The position numbers were made by a program, and so were the translations under genes. 58,381 bases of DNA from a virus (taxonomy: Duplodnaviria; Caudoviricetes). Positions within the stretch are counted from its first letter, which is position 1. Every line of letters begins with the position of its first letter. A model generated the notes under the pieces. It saw only the letters and a list, made by a program, of their open reading frames with translations, was not told the origin of the DNA and searched no databases. Where the stretch lies: the IMG/VR virus record IMGVR_UViG_3300025390_000009, positions 1 through 58,381 of that record; one strand, 5' to 3'. Shown here in pieces: positions 38,081 to 46,817 of the stretch.

Positions 38081-39043
38081 TTAGTAATTACACTTCTTAG
38101 CTTTACCACCAGTAGCCTTATGAGCCTTGCCACCGTGCGCCATGTGTTCCTTGTGGGAAACATGTCCACCGTGGGCGTGGTGTTTAGCGGCATGTTCATG
38201 CATGGATTTGTGTCCAGCATGTTCGTGTTTGCTTTTGGAGTGATGAGCAACATGTCCACCGTGTTTATAACCCGCTGGACCTTCTTTGATAGAACCTGTG
38301 CCTGATTTCTTTGTAGGTATTTTGGATCCATCATTGATCTTAGAAATATACTCTTTAGCAGTAGCCAAGCCACCTTTAGCAAATTTCTTCAAAGCGCCAC
38401 CGTGCCTGTAACCTTTGCCTTCAAGACCTTCAGTTTTGGTATTAAAAGACTTAACCTGCTTCGCTTGATGCACTTTGTCTTTGATATCAATCTTTGGCTT
38501 CAAAGTTGTTTTGGTTTCAAAACGGTCAATAGCCGCGCCACCGTCTTTCATTTTACCGCCTGAGCACATAGCTTTGTGGTGCTCATGCATCTTTTTATGA
38601 TGCGCAGAACCACCTTCTTTGTGCTTAGCAGCGTGGTGCTTAGCCATAGCTTTGTGATGCTCATGTGAACCAACAGGATGACCAGATACATGATGAACCT
38701 TACCGCCTTTTTTGTATCCAGGACCTTCTACACCTTCGGTCATACGCTTAGAATCACGACGAGTAGCTTCAATCCCACCAGCTAGACCGCCCATTACGTT
38801 CGGACCAGCCTTTGGAGCGCGACCACCAGCTTTTAAACCATGATGAGCTTTAGAAGCCTTTTCATGTTCATGATGCTTGAGTTCTTTTTCAACGCGCTTG
38901 ATTTCAGCTTCTTCGTTACGAATATGACCGCCTTTGGCATGCTTTTTAGCATGACCACCGCGCTTCATACCGTCGCCAACTTCATCAACTGAAGGCTCGG
39001 TTGTGAACATTTTTGGTTCACGGATAAATTTACTAGTTGCCAT
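38081..39043 (-). CDS. His/Lys-rich basic protein with about 13 xxxGG motifs
   Basis: ORF track; GGAG RBS. Confidence 0.8.
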   Translation of the reverse strand: MATSKFIREPKMFTTEPSVDEVGDGMKRGGHAKKHAKGGHIRNEEAEIKRVEKELKHHEHEKASKAHHGLKAGGRAPKAGPNVMGGLAGGIEATRRDSKRMTEGVEGPGYKKGGKVHHVSGHPVGSHEHHKAMAKHHAAKHKEGGSAHHKKMHEHHKAMCSGGKMKDGGAAIDRFETKTTLKPKIDIKDKVHQAKQVKSFNTKTEGLEGKGYRHGGALKKFAKGGLATAKEYISKINDGSKIPTKKSGTGSIKEGPAGYKHGGHVAHHSKSKHEHAGHKSMHEHAAKHHAHGGHVSHKEHMAHGGKAHKATGGKAKKCNY

Positions 39044-39059
39044 GGTGTTTTATCTCCTA

Positions 39060-40043
39060 TTAGGCTTGGTTTACACCGAGTGCACCGAGGCGAGTAGCGT
39101 TTGGACCAACCGCAATCGCAGGTACAGCCAATGAACATACTAAACGACGAACACCGTTAGTCGCGCTTGAAGGAGTGTAAGTTCCACGAACGTCACCAGT
39201 AGTCGAAGTAGCTGGGTTAGTCATATCAGCAACAGTTGCAGTTCCAGTATCTTCAGCTAATGCGCTAGCCCAACCTGCGCTGATGATGTAACCAACGTCA
39301 GTAAAGCGAATAGGGCAACCGAGTACATCAGTAGTACCTACTGACACAGCAACGGTAGTACCAGCGCTAACGGAGATAGAAGAAATCTGATAGAATGCTT
39401 TTTTACCAGGAGTGGTTGTAGAAGCAACAGTGCCAGACGCGATAACTTCAGTCATAGCTTGACCATAGTAGTCATAACCAGACACGGTGAAGTTTGCACT
39501 AGCTGGGCTACCTGAACCAGTAGTTACGCTTACGGCACGTGGGCAATCCAATTGGATTACAGTTGTACCGTCAGTACGTACTACAGATTGAGTGCTTGTA
39601 CCAGCTGCTAAAGTAGCAGAACCAGCGGCAGCATAAATAACAGCTGCAGAAATGTTTGCAACTTGTTTAGCTTCAGGAATAACGTCCCAGATATAAATAC
39701 GACCGAGAGGACCAACGCCGAGGGACATTGGAGCTGGATCGCCAAGCAGGTAGTTACCAGAAGCAGTTACAGTAATAGAACCAGTAGCAGATGAAGAAGC
39801 ACTCAAATTGTAAGTGCCAGTTGTACCTGAACCAGTCGCGAAAGAGGTAATATAAGAACCAGAAGTAATACCAGTACCAGTAACATATTGACCAACGGTC
39901 AATGGGTCACCAGATTGCAACGCGGTTACAGTCAACACTGTACCAGTTACAGAACCAGTAACTACAGAAGCGGTTGCATTTTTTGCAGTGCCCATAAAGG
40001 TGGGCGCGGAACCTAGAAATAGGTCATCACTAAATTGTGGCAT
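39060..40043 (-). CDS. Virion structural protein (decoration / minor capsid-like)
   Basis: Follows the MCP; Thr/Ser-rich; TTGDVRGTY motif. Confidence 0.65.
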   Translation of the reverse strand: MPQFSDDLFLGSAPTFMGTAKNATASVVTGSVTGTVLTVTALQSGDPLTVGQYVTGTGITSGSYITSFATGSGTTGTYNLSASSSATGSITVTASGNYLLGDPAPMSLGVGPLGRIYIWDVIPEAKQVANISAAVIYAAAGSATLAAGTSTQSVVRTDGTTVIQLDCPRAVSVTTGSGSPASANFTVSGYDYYGQAMTEVIASGTVASTTTPGKKAFYQISSISVSAGTTVAVSVGTTDVLGCPIRFTDVGYIISAGWASALAEDTGTATVADMTNPATSTTGDVRGTYTPSSATNGVRRLVCSLAVPAIAVGPNATRLGALGVNQA

Positions 40044-40080
40044 GTGTCTTTCTCCTTGAAAAGCTTAGACATATTACATT

Positions 40081-40114
40081 AAGAAAAAGGGGCTAGGCTT
40101 TTGACCCAGCCCCT
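40081..40114 (-). terminator. Rho-independent terminator after the MCP gene
   Basis: AGGGGCTGGGT-CAAAA-GCCTAGCCCCT followed by TTTTCTT. Confidence 0.8.
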
Positions 40115-40122
40115 GTATTACA

Positions 40123-41037
40123 TTAGACTCCAGGTGTGCCGTACATAGCACGTGGGTCTGTCCAGCTTGGCCAATAACGCTCGGTTGCCTTGTAACGCAT
40201 GGAGTCGGTTTCGAAATCGCCTTCCATGGTTTTCTCAAGAGCACGACGCATCATCAACTTCATACCTTCTGGGGCATCAGTTTGAACCCACCAGTTAGTC
40301 GCAGAAGTCAAACGGCTAATTACTGAAGCACCTTCTGGCAACAATCCAATTGATTTGATTGGGTTGATGTCATTGTTTGCTGTACCAGTACGTAGCACTG
40401 ACTTCAACAACACTTCGGCTTGGAACACGTTGCCAGGAGCCACAACCAATTTCAATGGTTGTAGGCGGATCTTCTTACCGTTGTTGTCAACGGCTTGACG
40501 AACCTGAATCAACATTTGCTCAAGTGAAGTCTGGGACAAGTTAGCAGCAGTACCTAGCAAGTTGCTAAATGTGCCGTTAACGATTGGGTGAGCAGAAGAA
40601 CTCAATGCAACGCCGTCACCACCAGTGTATGAACTATTGAACGCGCGGTTCAAAATGTTCGCACAGAGGAGTTCCTTAGTTTCAACGAGTGACTGGGCTA
40701 AGTGCTTAGCATATACTTGACCAATACGGATGTGGTCTCCGTCTTCAACTAAAACCTTAGTCAAAGCGAATGCCAAACCAAATACTTGGTAAACATAGCG
40801 TTGCAAGAATAACACACCACCTTGTTGATAGGTTACTGGGCTGCCATCAGGTAACTGAGGAGCTGCACCAAAACCGTACAATACTGGTTCTTCGTGGTAG
40901 TTACGTGGAATGCCTGCTTGTTCACGGAAAACTGTGGACCATTCATCGGCACGTTGATCATAAACTCCGTCAAATGCTTCGTTGAGGATTGGCTCAACTA
41001 TTGAACGGAAGTCCGTACTGCGCATCGGGGCTGCCAT
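40123..41037 (-). CDS. Major capsid protein (Mu gpT-like HK97 fold)
   Basis: GFGAAP, DGVAL...HP, ANNDIN and RYKATERY...DPRA.YG.PG; strong RBS and terminator. Confidence 0.85.
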   Translation of the reverse strand: MAAPMRSTDFRSIVEPILNEAFDGVYDQRADEWSTVFREQAGIPRNYHEEPVLYGFGAAPQLPDGSPVTYQQGGVLFLQRYVYQVFGLAFALTKVLVEDGDHIRIGQVYAKHLAQSLVETKELLCANILNRAFNSSYTGGDGVALSSSAHPIVNGTFSNLLGTAANLSQTSLEQMLIQVRQAVDNNGKKIRLQPLKLVVAPGNVFQAEVLLKSVLRTGTANNDINPIKSIGLLPEGASVISRLTSATNWWVQTDAPEGMKLMMRRALEKTMEGDFETDSMRYKATERYWPSWTDPRAMYGTPGV

Positions 41038-41051
41038 AGTTCAGTCCTCCT

Positions 41052-41630
41052 TTAGATAGCGTTAGAAACAGCGATAAACTGAGGTTTAGAGATTTGTATA
41101 CGAACGATTGTATACGCATCACCCCAAGCATTATCAACATAGGGAGCCAAATCAACAACACGCATTTGGCCATTGTTACCTGAGCCTACTGCAGAAGCAG
41201 AGCCAAGGGTACATTGGGACAAACCAGTAGTTGTAGAACCAGCGGTGAGATTGGTAAAGTTATACTCATTACCAACTGAGGTCTGAGCCATAGAGCCATC
41301 AGCTTGAATTTCATAAACGATTTGTTGGTCGTTGTAGAAGTAAGCGATGATGCTACCTGCAATAGCGGTAGTGCTTGCTGGCCAATAGTTAGAAACACGA
41401 CGGCGACCAGTTGTATCTGTCCACTCAACACCTTGGAATGAACCAGAGAATGCTTCGGTAGAAGTTACAGGCTGAATAACACCATTGTTTGCGTAATACT
41501 CGACGGGTTGACCCTTCAAAATGTTTGAAGCGTAGCCCGATGGGATACCATTTGCTAATGCCTGTGCACGTTCCAAGCCTGTTGGAAAGAATGCAGGGCG
41601 CAAGCCAAATGGAGCGGAAATAGCTGACAT
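41052..41630 (-). CDS. Capsid-associated (cement/decoration) protein
   Basis: APFGLRP N-terminus; start after AAGGAG; precedes the MCP. Confidence 0.7.
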   Translation of the reverse strand: MSAISAPFGLRPAFFPTGLERAQALANGIPSGYASNILKGQPVEYYANNGVIQPVTSTEAFSGSFQGVEWTDTTGRRRVSNYWPASTTAIAGSIIAYFYNDQQIVYEIQADGSMAQTSVGNEYNFTNLTAGSTTTGLSQCTLGSASAVGSGNNGQMRVVDLAPYVDNAWGDAYTIVRIQISKPQFIAVSNAI

Positions 41631-41774
41631 AGTTTGCTCCTTAAAGCGGTTAATAGGATTTTGGTTTTTAGCTTTGTTCAAAGCCGACTTGGCAAAATCA
41701 CATTTAGCGCGATTTTAAGGGTGCCTCTACTTCTAATTTAGACTAAGCTGCGTGAAGCAACTTGAATTTGAAAG

Positions 41775-41785
41775 AATTATAGCTC
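41775..41785 (-). promoter_or_regulatory. Promoter motif GAGCTATAATT
   Basis: Intergenic, upstream of the capsid genes. Confidence 0.7.
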
Positions 41786-41836
41786 AATTTTGGAATAGTT
41801 AAAATTTTATTTTTAACTACCCCAAAATCTACTCAA

Positions 41837-42373
41837 TTACTCAAATAATGGAGCTTGACGGCTGAGGTCAAATTCCATACCATCTCCTTCAATTTGACCA
41901 AGGCGTTTTCCGTTGGAATCCTTAGCGTTGAGGAGTTGTTCCTGTTGAACTTTGATCTTTGTTTGCTCATCCATTGGGGCATCATGGTGCATTTCACGCA
42001 TAATGTCTTGATAAACCTCAAGAGGAATCTTATAAGCAAGCATTTCATTAACAGCGATAAAGCCTTCATGCTCACCAGACTTGATTTTCAAATGATCGTA
42101 ACCTGAAGGCAAGTCATCCAGAGTAACTGGAGTGTAACCCATTCTCAAACGCTTATGAATTGGGTCATACTGGTTAGTAGTTGAAAGCCAGCATGTGTGA
42201 AATCCAGGAATCTCAGGGAGCGTCGGTAACGCTTCTTGAAACCACTCAGAACGGAACATACGGCGACGTTCTTCTGAAGATGCCATAGAATCAGCAGGGT
42301 TAGCACGTGTATCATCACCACCGCGACTCTCACGACCTGCGGTTGTATTCTTTTTTAAACGATTGTCAGTCAT
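41837..42373 (-). CDS. Conserved head-module protein
   Basis: P..PGFHTCWL...RLRMGYTPV. Confidence 0.7.
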   Translation of the reverse strand: MTDNRLKKNTTAGRESRGGDDTRANPADSMASSEERRRMFRSEWFQEALPTLPEIPGFHTCWLSTTNQYDPIHKRLRMGYTPVTLDDLPSGYDHLKIKSGEHEGFIAVNEMLAYKIPLEVYQDIMREMHHDAPMDEQTKIKVQQEQLLNAKDSNGKRLGQIEGDGMEFDLSRQAPLFE

Positions 42374-42375
42374 AA

Positions 42376-43332
42376 TTAACCTCTATTCTTTTGTTGACGG
42401 TCATAATCAGCAAAACGCTTGATCATTTTTTGGCGAGCCTCAGGATTATCCCAAGCACCTGCCTCTTTCATTGCTGCAACACGCTCTGGACTAATCCTGA
42501 ATTCATTGGATTTTGTAGTCGCAGTAGACTCCCTGCCTGAACTAGTCATTACTGAACGTGGACGTGCAGTTTGCTTTGCAGCTTGACTTTGTTTAGGAAC
42601 GTAACGAGCCATACGGTCACTTAATTCATCCCAGTAATCTTCAGTTGAAGGGTCATATCCTTCATCTGTCAATTTTTTGTCAATGATTTGAGCCATTTGG
42701 GATTCTTCGTTATTACCGTGTGGGTCGTACCATGGATTATCTTCCATCCAATCAGCTGCCATTTTTTGCACCATAGGGTCAGGTACTTGAATGTTCTGCT
42801 GCTGGGGTTGAGTCATCTGACGAGTAGCATTTGCCTTTACGTTTTCTAGGGATTCTAGTTTGCGCTTGGCTTCATACCACAGTTCTTGAGCACGTGTTAC
42901 GCCTTGACCGTCATTTTGACCGACTGCCTCGGTAAGTTTCATTTTTGCGTACTCTACTTGAACTCCTGCGTCATCAATCGCTTTATCAATCCGCGCTAAT
43001 TCTGCTCCTGAAGTCTTCTTTTCAACAGCCGCAAGGCGATTGGCGAGGGCTTCATTCTGCTTTTTTAGTGCATTAATCAGAGAGCTGGATTCTTTTGCTT
43101 TTTCCCTGTGAAGTTGCTTCTTTAGACGACGTTCTTCCCGACGGGCTTCACGAATTTTCTCTCGTTCTTCAGCATCGGCAGAATTATCGCCATCATTAGC
43201 GTCATCATTTTGATGATCATCCGCTTTTACGTCTTGCGGATTGTCTTCTCCTTCAGGTAGCAATACCGCTGCGCCACCGTCTTGTAATTCTTCTACCGCT
43301 AATTGCGCTTCCATCTTATCAGTTGGATTCAT
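42376..43332 (-). CDS. Putative scaffolding protein
   Basis: Charged coiled coil, W..DNPWY; lies between portal and MCP. Confidence 0.65.
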   Translation of the reverse strand: MNPTDKMEAQLAVEELQDGGAAVLLPEGEDNPQDVKADDHQNDDANDGDNSADAEEREKIREARREERRLKKQLHREKAKESSSLINALKKQNEALANRLAAVEKKTSGAELARIDKAIDDAGVQVEYAKMKLTEAVGQNDGQGVTRAQELWYEAKRKLESLENVKANATRQMTQPQQQNIQVPDPMVQKMAADWMEDNPWYDPHGNNEESQMAQIIDKKLTDEGYDPSTEDYWDELSDRMARYVPKQSQAAKQTARPRSVMTSSGRESTATTKSNEFRISPERVAAMKEAGAWDNPEARQKMIKRFADYDRQQKNRG

Positions 43333-43352
43333 ACTAGTTTTCCTTTCAAAAC

Positions 43353-43775
43353 TTAAATGAAGGCTTTGATAGCTCGGGGATCTCCCGTTATCTTGCCGAT
43401 TAGTTCATGATCATTAAAGAACGTAAACAGTGCTTTACCCTTTAGACCATTTTCATCCGTGTAGTCTACTTCCCATCTGTCCCCGCCCCACTTAATAACA
43501 CGGACATAATCACCGACTTCGCACCATGCACCTTCTGGCCAGTCTTCATTACTGTCGCGTTTTTTAAATGCGATTGGTCCCACGGCTAATACCTTGCCGA
43601 CTTGGGTGTTCCACTTTTCAGTTTCTTTGGTTTCTTCAGGCAGGAGGATTCCAGCACTGGACATTTTCTCTTTGACGGCGCGTAATTGAACTAATATACG
43701 TGCCCCTAGAGGTTTGATCATGGGATCAACTTGAGGGAATGCTTCATCTAACGTCTGCTCTACATCAAAAGTCAT
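43353..43775 (-). CDS. groES: GroES-like co-chaperonin
   Basis: IKPLGARILV...AGILLP...GKVLAVGP...VGDYV. Confidence 0.85.
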   Translation of the reverse strand: MTFDVEQTLDEAFPQVDPMIKPLGARILVQLRAVKEKMSSAGILLPEETKETEKWNTQVGKVLAVGPIAFKKRDSNEDWPEGAWCEVGDYVRVIKWGGDRWEVDYTDENGLKGKALFTFFNDHELIGKITGDPRAIKAFI

Positions 43776-43815
43776 GCGACTCTCCTATTAAAAGCGCCAT
43801 ACGGCGCGGGTTGTA

Positions 43816-44004
43816 CTACAAATCCTTTTCTGATTCTTGCATTAGTTGATCGATCATAATCAAGACTTCACCAAGTCCCATATTCTGACCAACTAAACGA
43901 TGATAGCTTTCTATATTGATTGCTCCACCATCAGCAAGAGAAAGGGCGATTTCAAGTCGCCGATTCTTTATCAAGCCGATTAAGTCTCCGATATTAACGC
44001 CCAC
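43816..44004 (-). CDS. Conserved small head-module protein
   Basis: Y..LVG...GL motif; position. Confidence 0.65.
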   Translation of the reverse strand: MGVNIGDLIGLIKNRRLEIALSLADGGAINIESYHRLVGQNMGLGEVLIMIDQLMQESEKDL

Positions 44005-44218
44005 GTGCTGCGCCGCCTTTTTTCATTGTAGCGATGCGCGGCTTACCCGTCAACATGTTTGGTTTGAGCGGGCTACCTTTAGCTGGCAGGTTTGCCACTT
44101 TAGATTCAGCTACCGCGCCACCATTAGCGTACTTCTTTACTTTACCGCCTTTTTTCATTACGTTACCTTCGGTAACTCCCATTGCCATTTTCTTATGGGC
44201 GTTGATTGCTTCAGACAT
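43994..44218 (-). CDS. Small basic protein with MKKGG / YANGG motifs
   Basis: ORF with AAGGAG RBS. Confidence 0.7.
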   Translation of the reverse strand: MSEAINAHKKMAMGVTEGNVMKKGGKVKKYANGGAVAESKVANLPAKGSPLKPNMLTGKPRIATMKKGGAARGR

Positions 44219-46817
44219 TTGATTCTCCTTGAGGTTGTTGAGTTACTGCTTGCTGTTGGATTGCTGCTTGTTGAGCTTGTTGCTCTGCCTGCTGCATAGC
44301 TTGCAGGTGTTCTTGATTCGCTAATTGGGCTTCATGCGCACGTTCGGCTTCGGCTTGCTTAGCTTCGAATTGTTTTTCAATAGTCATTGTCGCTGCGTCG
44401 TTAGTTAGCTTAGCAGTTTCAATTTGCTGAGTGCTTACGATGCTAGCTTCCTTCTCTTGAGCGTCTTGATTCTGCTTTTGCGCTTTCAATTCTAAATCAG
44501 CTTTGTCGTAAGCAGCCTTGCGTTGAGTTTCCGCCATTGCTGCATCGCCCATAACCTTGACCTGCGCCATGACGTTCGGGTCGGTAGGCATTTGAGGTTG
44601 CTGTTGTAAGCCTTTGAGCATCTGAAGCATCTGTTGAATACCATTAGCTACGTCCGAAAGCTGCTGTTTAGAGTCTGCATGAACGTGCTCAGTAGAAGCC
44701 GCGAGTAGTTTCTGCGCCTCAGCCATGATTGGTTGCACTTTGAGAACGTCAAAATGCTTACCGAGTGCCGCGCTAGTGTAACCATCGCACTGCTTGAGGT
44801 ACCAGAGAGTTAAATGCTGCTTCAAATGTTCAAGACATGCAGGGATGAACGTAGGTGCGACAATCGGGTTAGAACCAAAGATTGGGTCTTGAGCGTAATT
44901 CAAATGAGACAGGAAGTGAGCGATGTGATCCTGCGCGGGGAATGCGCCGACAGGCTTACCGAGCGTCATAGATACGTTCTCCAACGCTGGGTTCATATCT
45001 TCTACTTCATGTGGATCTGGCAGTACGCCGTTGACGTCAGGAATCTTGATCTGTTTGAGGATGCGCTTCTCAACTTCTAAGCGATTGTACAGGTCAGGAT
45101 TAGACTGAGCACGAGCTGCGAGGGTTTGAATCTGCGCATAGCGTTGTGACTCAGCAAAAATATGCGGGTCAGAAACAGGAATGATATCCGTGTTACGCTC
45201 AAAATCATCTTTAGTGACTCCGAGTTCTTGAGCCATGTCATTCTTGGAATACTCATCCATGTACCAGCGGTTAAGACGAGCGAGTATCATCAAAACTTTT
45301 TTCTGTGATTCGTGCAGTCTAGCATGTACCGAGCTAAACACTACTGAACCTTGCTCAATCAGGGCTTGGGCAGTACCGACAGGCATAGTATTACTTGCGT
45401 CAGCAATTTTTTCTTCACTCGTGGAGACTACACCTTTTGCAGCGGCATCTAACCAACCCAATAATTGGAACAAAACAGGACTAGGTTGATTGAAAGGCAC
45501 AGGCATTGCAATCTTACGAATGTCATCTACTCCTGGAGCACCTTCAATCTCAGAAACCTGAGTAGGCTCTATGGTCGTTGATTGACCTGAGATTTTTGCT
45601 CCCTTGAGTTTGAGCATTGTGGGGGCGGTGTTAATGTGCGCGGAGTCGAGCAGAGCGCGTAATGCACCAGTAAGAGCAGCAGATAACCCACCAATAAGAT
45701 GAGGTAAGCCAATAGCATAAGCACCACGCCAAGGTATGAATTTAAACTCAATAATCCAGTCCAGCTTACTGAGGGTATCATCACCATCCTCCCAATTTCG
45801 ATAGAGTCCAACTACAGTACGCTCGTTCTCATCAATCATCATGATGTACGGAGCACGTTCACCTTTAGAGAAGTCATCAGCTTCTAATTCTAACCATGTC
45901 GCAATATGGTAAACACGACGGATACCGTCAATGTTGTCAGCTTGAGACTTACGACCTTCAATCTTATTGTTTGCTTTTTCAGCTTTGCTTTCTTCTGGCT
46001 CTTGAGAGGCACGGAAGATGTCTGTGTCAATGTAAAGACCAGATGAAACACGTAACTCATATTCCTCTTGAGTTATGTCTTGCACCTCGGTTACGCGTTG
46101 GGCAGTGTAAAAGTTACCAGCGGCGAACGGAAGATAAATATTATCAATCGGGACGAACTCAGCGCGTGGGCGTTTCTGCTGCGCATCATGCCACATCTTG
46201 AGGTACTGACTACCCCCGAGTGGGAGTTGTGAGGTTAATTGTTCTTCCTCATCTCTAAACTCAGGAATCTGCTCAGTAAGTTGCCAATTCATATAATCAC
46301 GCTTACGCTCTGCTTTAGAGACTTTTTGCTCGCTAGCTTCGCCAATAATCTTTGTACGTACTGGTCCGTCAGGTGGGAATAATTCCTTAATCGCCCGAGC
46401 CGAGAAGTCAACACAGGACTCCGCCATGACTGGGTGAACGACCTTACTAGCACCTTGAAACTGAGCACCACCAGGAGCATCATGCCCTAAGCCTGTTCTA
46501 CGCAAGCCTTCTTCATACTGTTTGTCTCTGTCCTCGCGAGCTTCTTTATCTTTCTCGATTAAGTCAAGATACTTTAATCCTAAGCTCGCAGTGTCCCATG
46601 AGTCAAGAGTGTCTGCTAGGTTCTCATAGAAGTCTGGGGACTCATCTGGTCCTTTAGTAGTCAAGCGTACAATAGCTGAGCCGTCTTCCTGCTCTTCTAC
46701 CTCGGACTCTTCTTCTGGAATGTCAAATATAGAATCCTCATCATCTTGAGAAGCAGGCTCACCGTTTAAAGGGGCGATGTGGCGATCGTATTCTTGTTCG
46801 ATTGGCATTTCAGGCAT
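44211..46817 (-). CDS. Portal protein
   Basis: FQGASKVVHP, LPLGGS, YAIGL.HLIGGL and PVSDP; long helical C-terminus (P22-like barrel). Confidence 0.85.
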   Translation of the reverse strand: MPEMPIEQEYDRHIAPLNGEPASQDDEDSIFDIPEEESEVEEQEDGSAIVRLTTKGPDESPDFYENLADTLDSWDTASLGLKYLDLIEKDKEAREDRDKQYEEGLRRTGLGHDAPGGAQFQGASKVVHPVMAESCVDFSARAIKELFPPDGPVRTKIIGEASEQKVSKAERKRDYMNWQLTEQIPEFRDEEEQLTSQLPLGGSQYLKMWHDAQQKRPRAEFVPIDNIYLPFAAGNFYTAQRVTEVQDITQEEYELRVSSGLYIDTDIFRASQEPEESKAEKANNKIEGRKSQADNIDGIRRVYHIATWLELEADDFSKGERAPYIMMIDENERTVVGLYRNWEDGDDTLSKLDWIIEFKFIPWRGAYAIGLPHLIGGLSAALTGALRALLDSAHINTAPTMLKLKGAKISGQSTTIEPTQVSEIEGAPGVDDIRKIAMPVPFNQPSPVLFQLLGWLDAAAKGVVSTSEEKIADASNTMPVGTAQALIEQGSVVFSSVHARLHESQKKVLMILARLNRWYMDEYSKNDMAQELGVTKDDFERNTDIIPVSDPHIFAESQRYAQIQTLAARAQSNPDLYNRLEVEKRILKQIKIPDVNGVLPDPHEVEDMNPALENVSMTLGKPVGAFPAQDHIAHFLSHLNYAQDPIFGSNPIVAPTFIPACLEHLKQHLTLWYLKQCDGYTSAALGKHFDVLKVQPIMAEAQKLLAASTEHVHADSKQQLSDVANGIQQMLQMLKGLQQQPQMPTDPNVMAQVKVMGDAAMAETQRKAAYDKADLELKAQKQNQDAQEKEASIVSTQQIETAKLTNDAATMTIEKQFEAKQAEAERAHEAQLANQEHLQAMQQAEQQAQQAAIQQQAVTQQPQGESNV

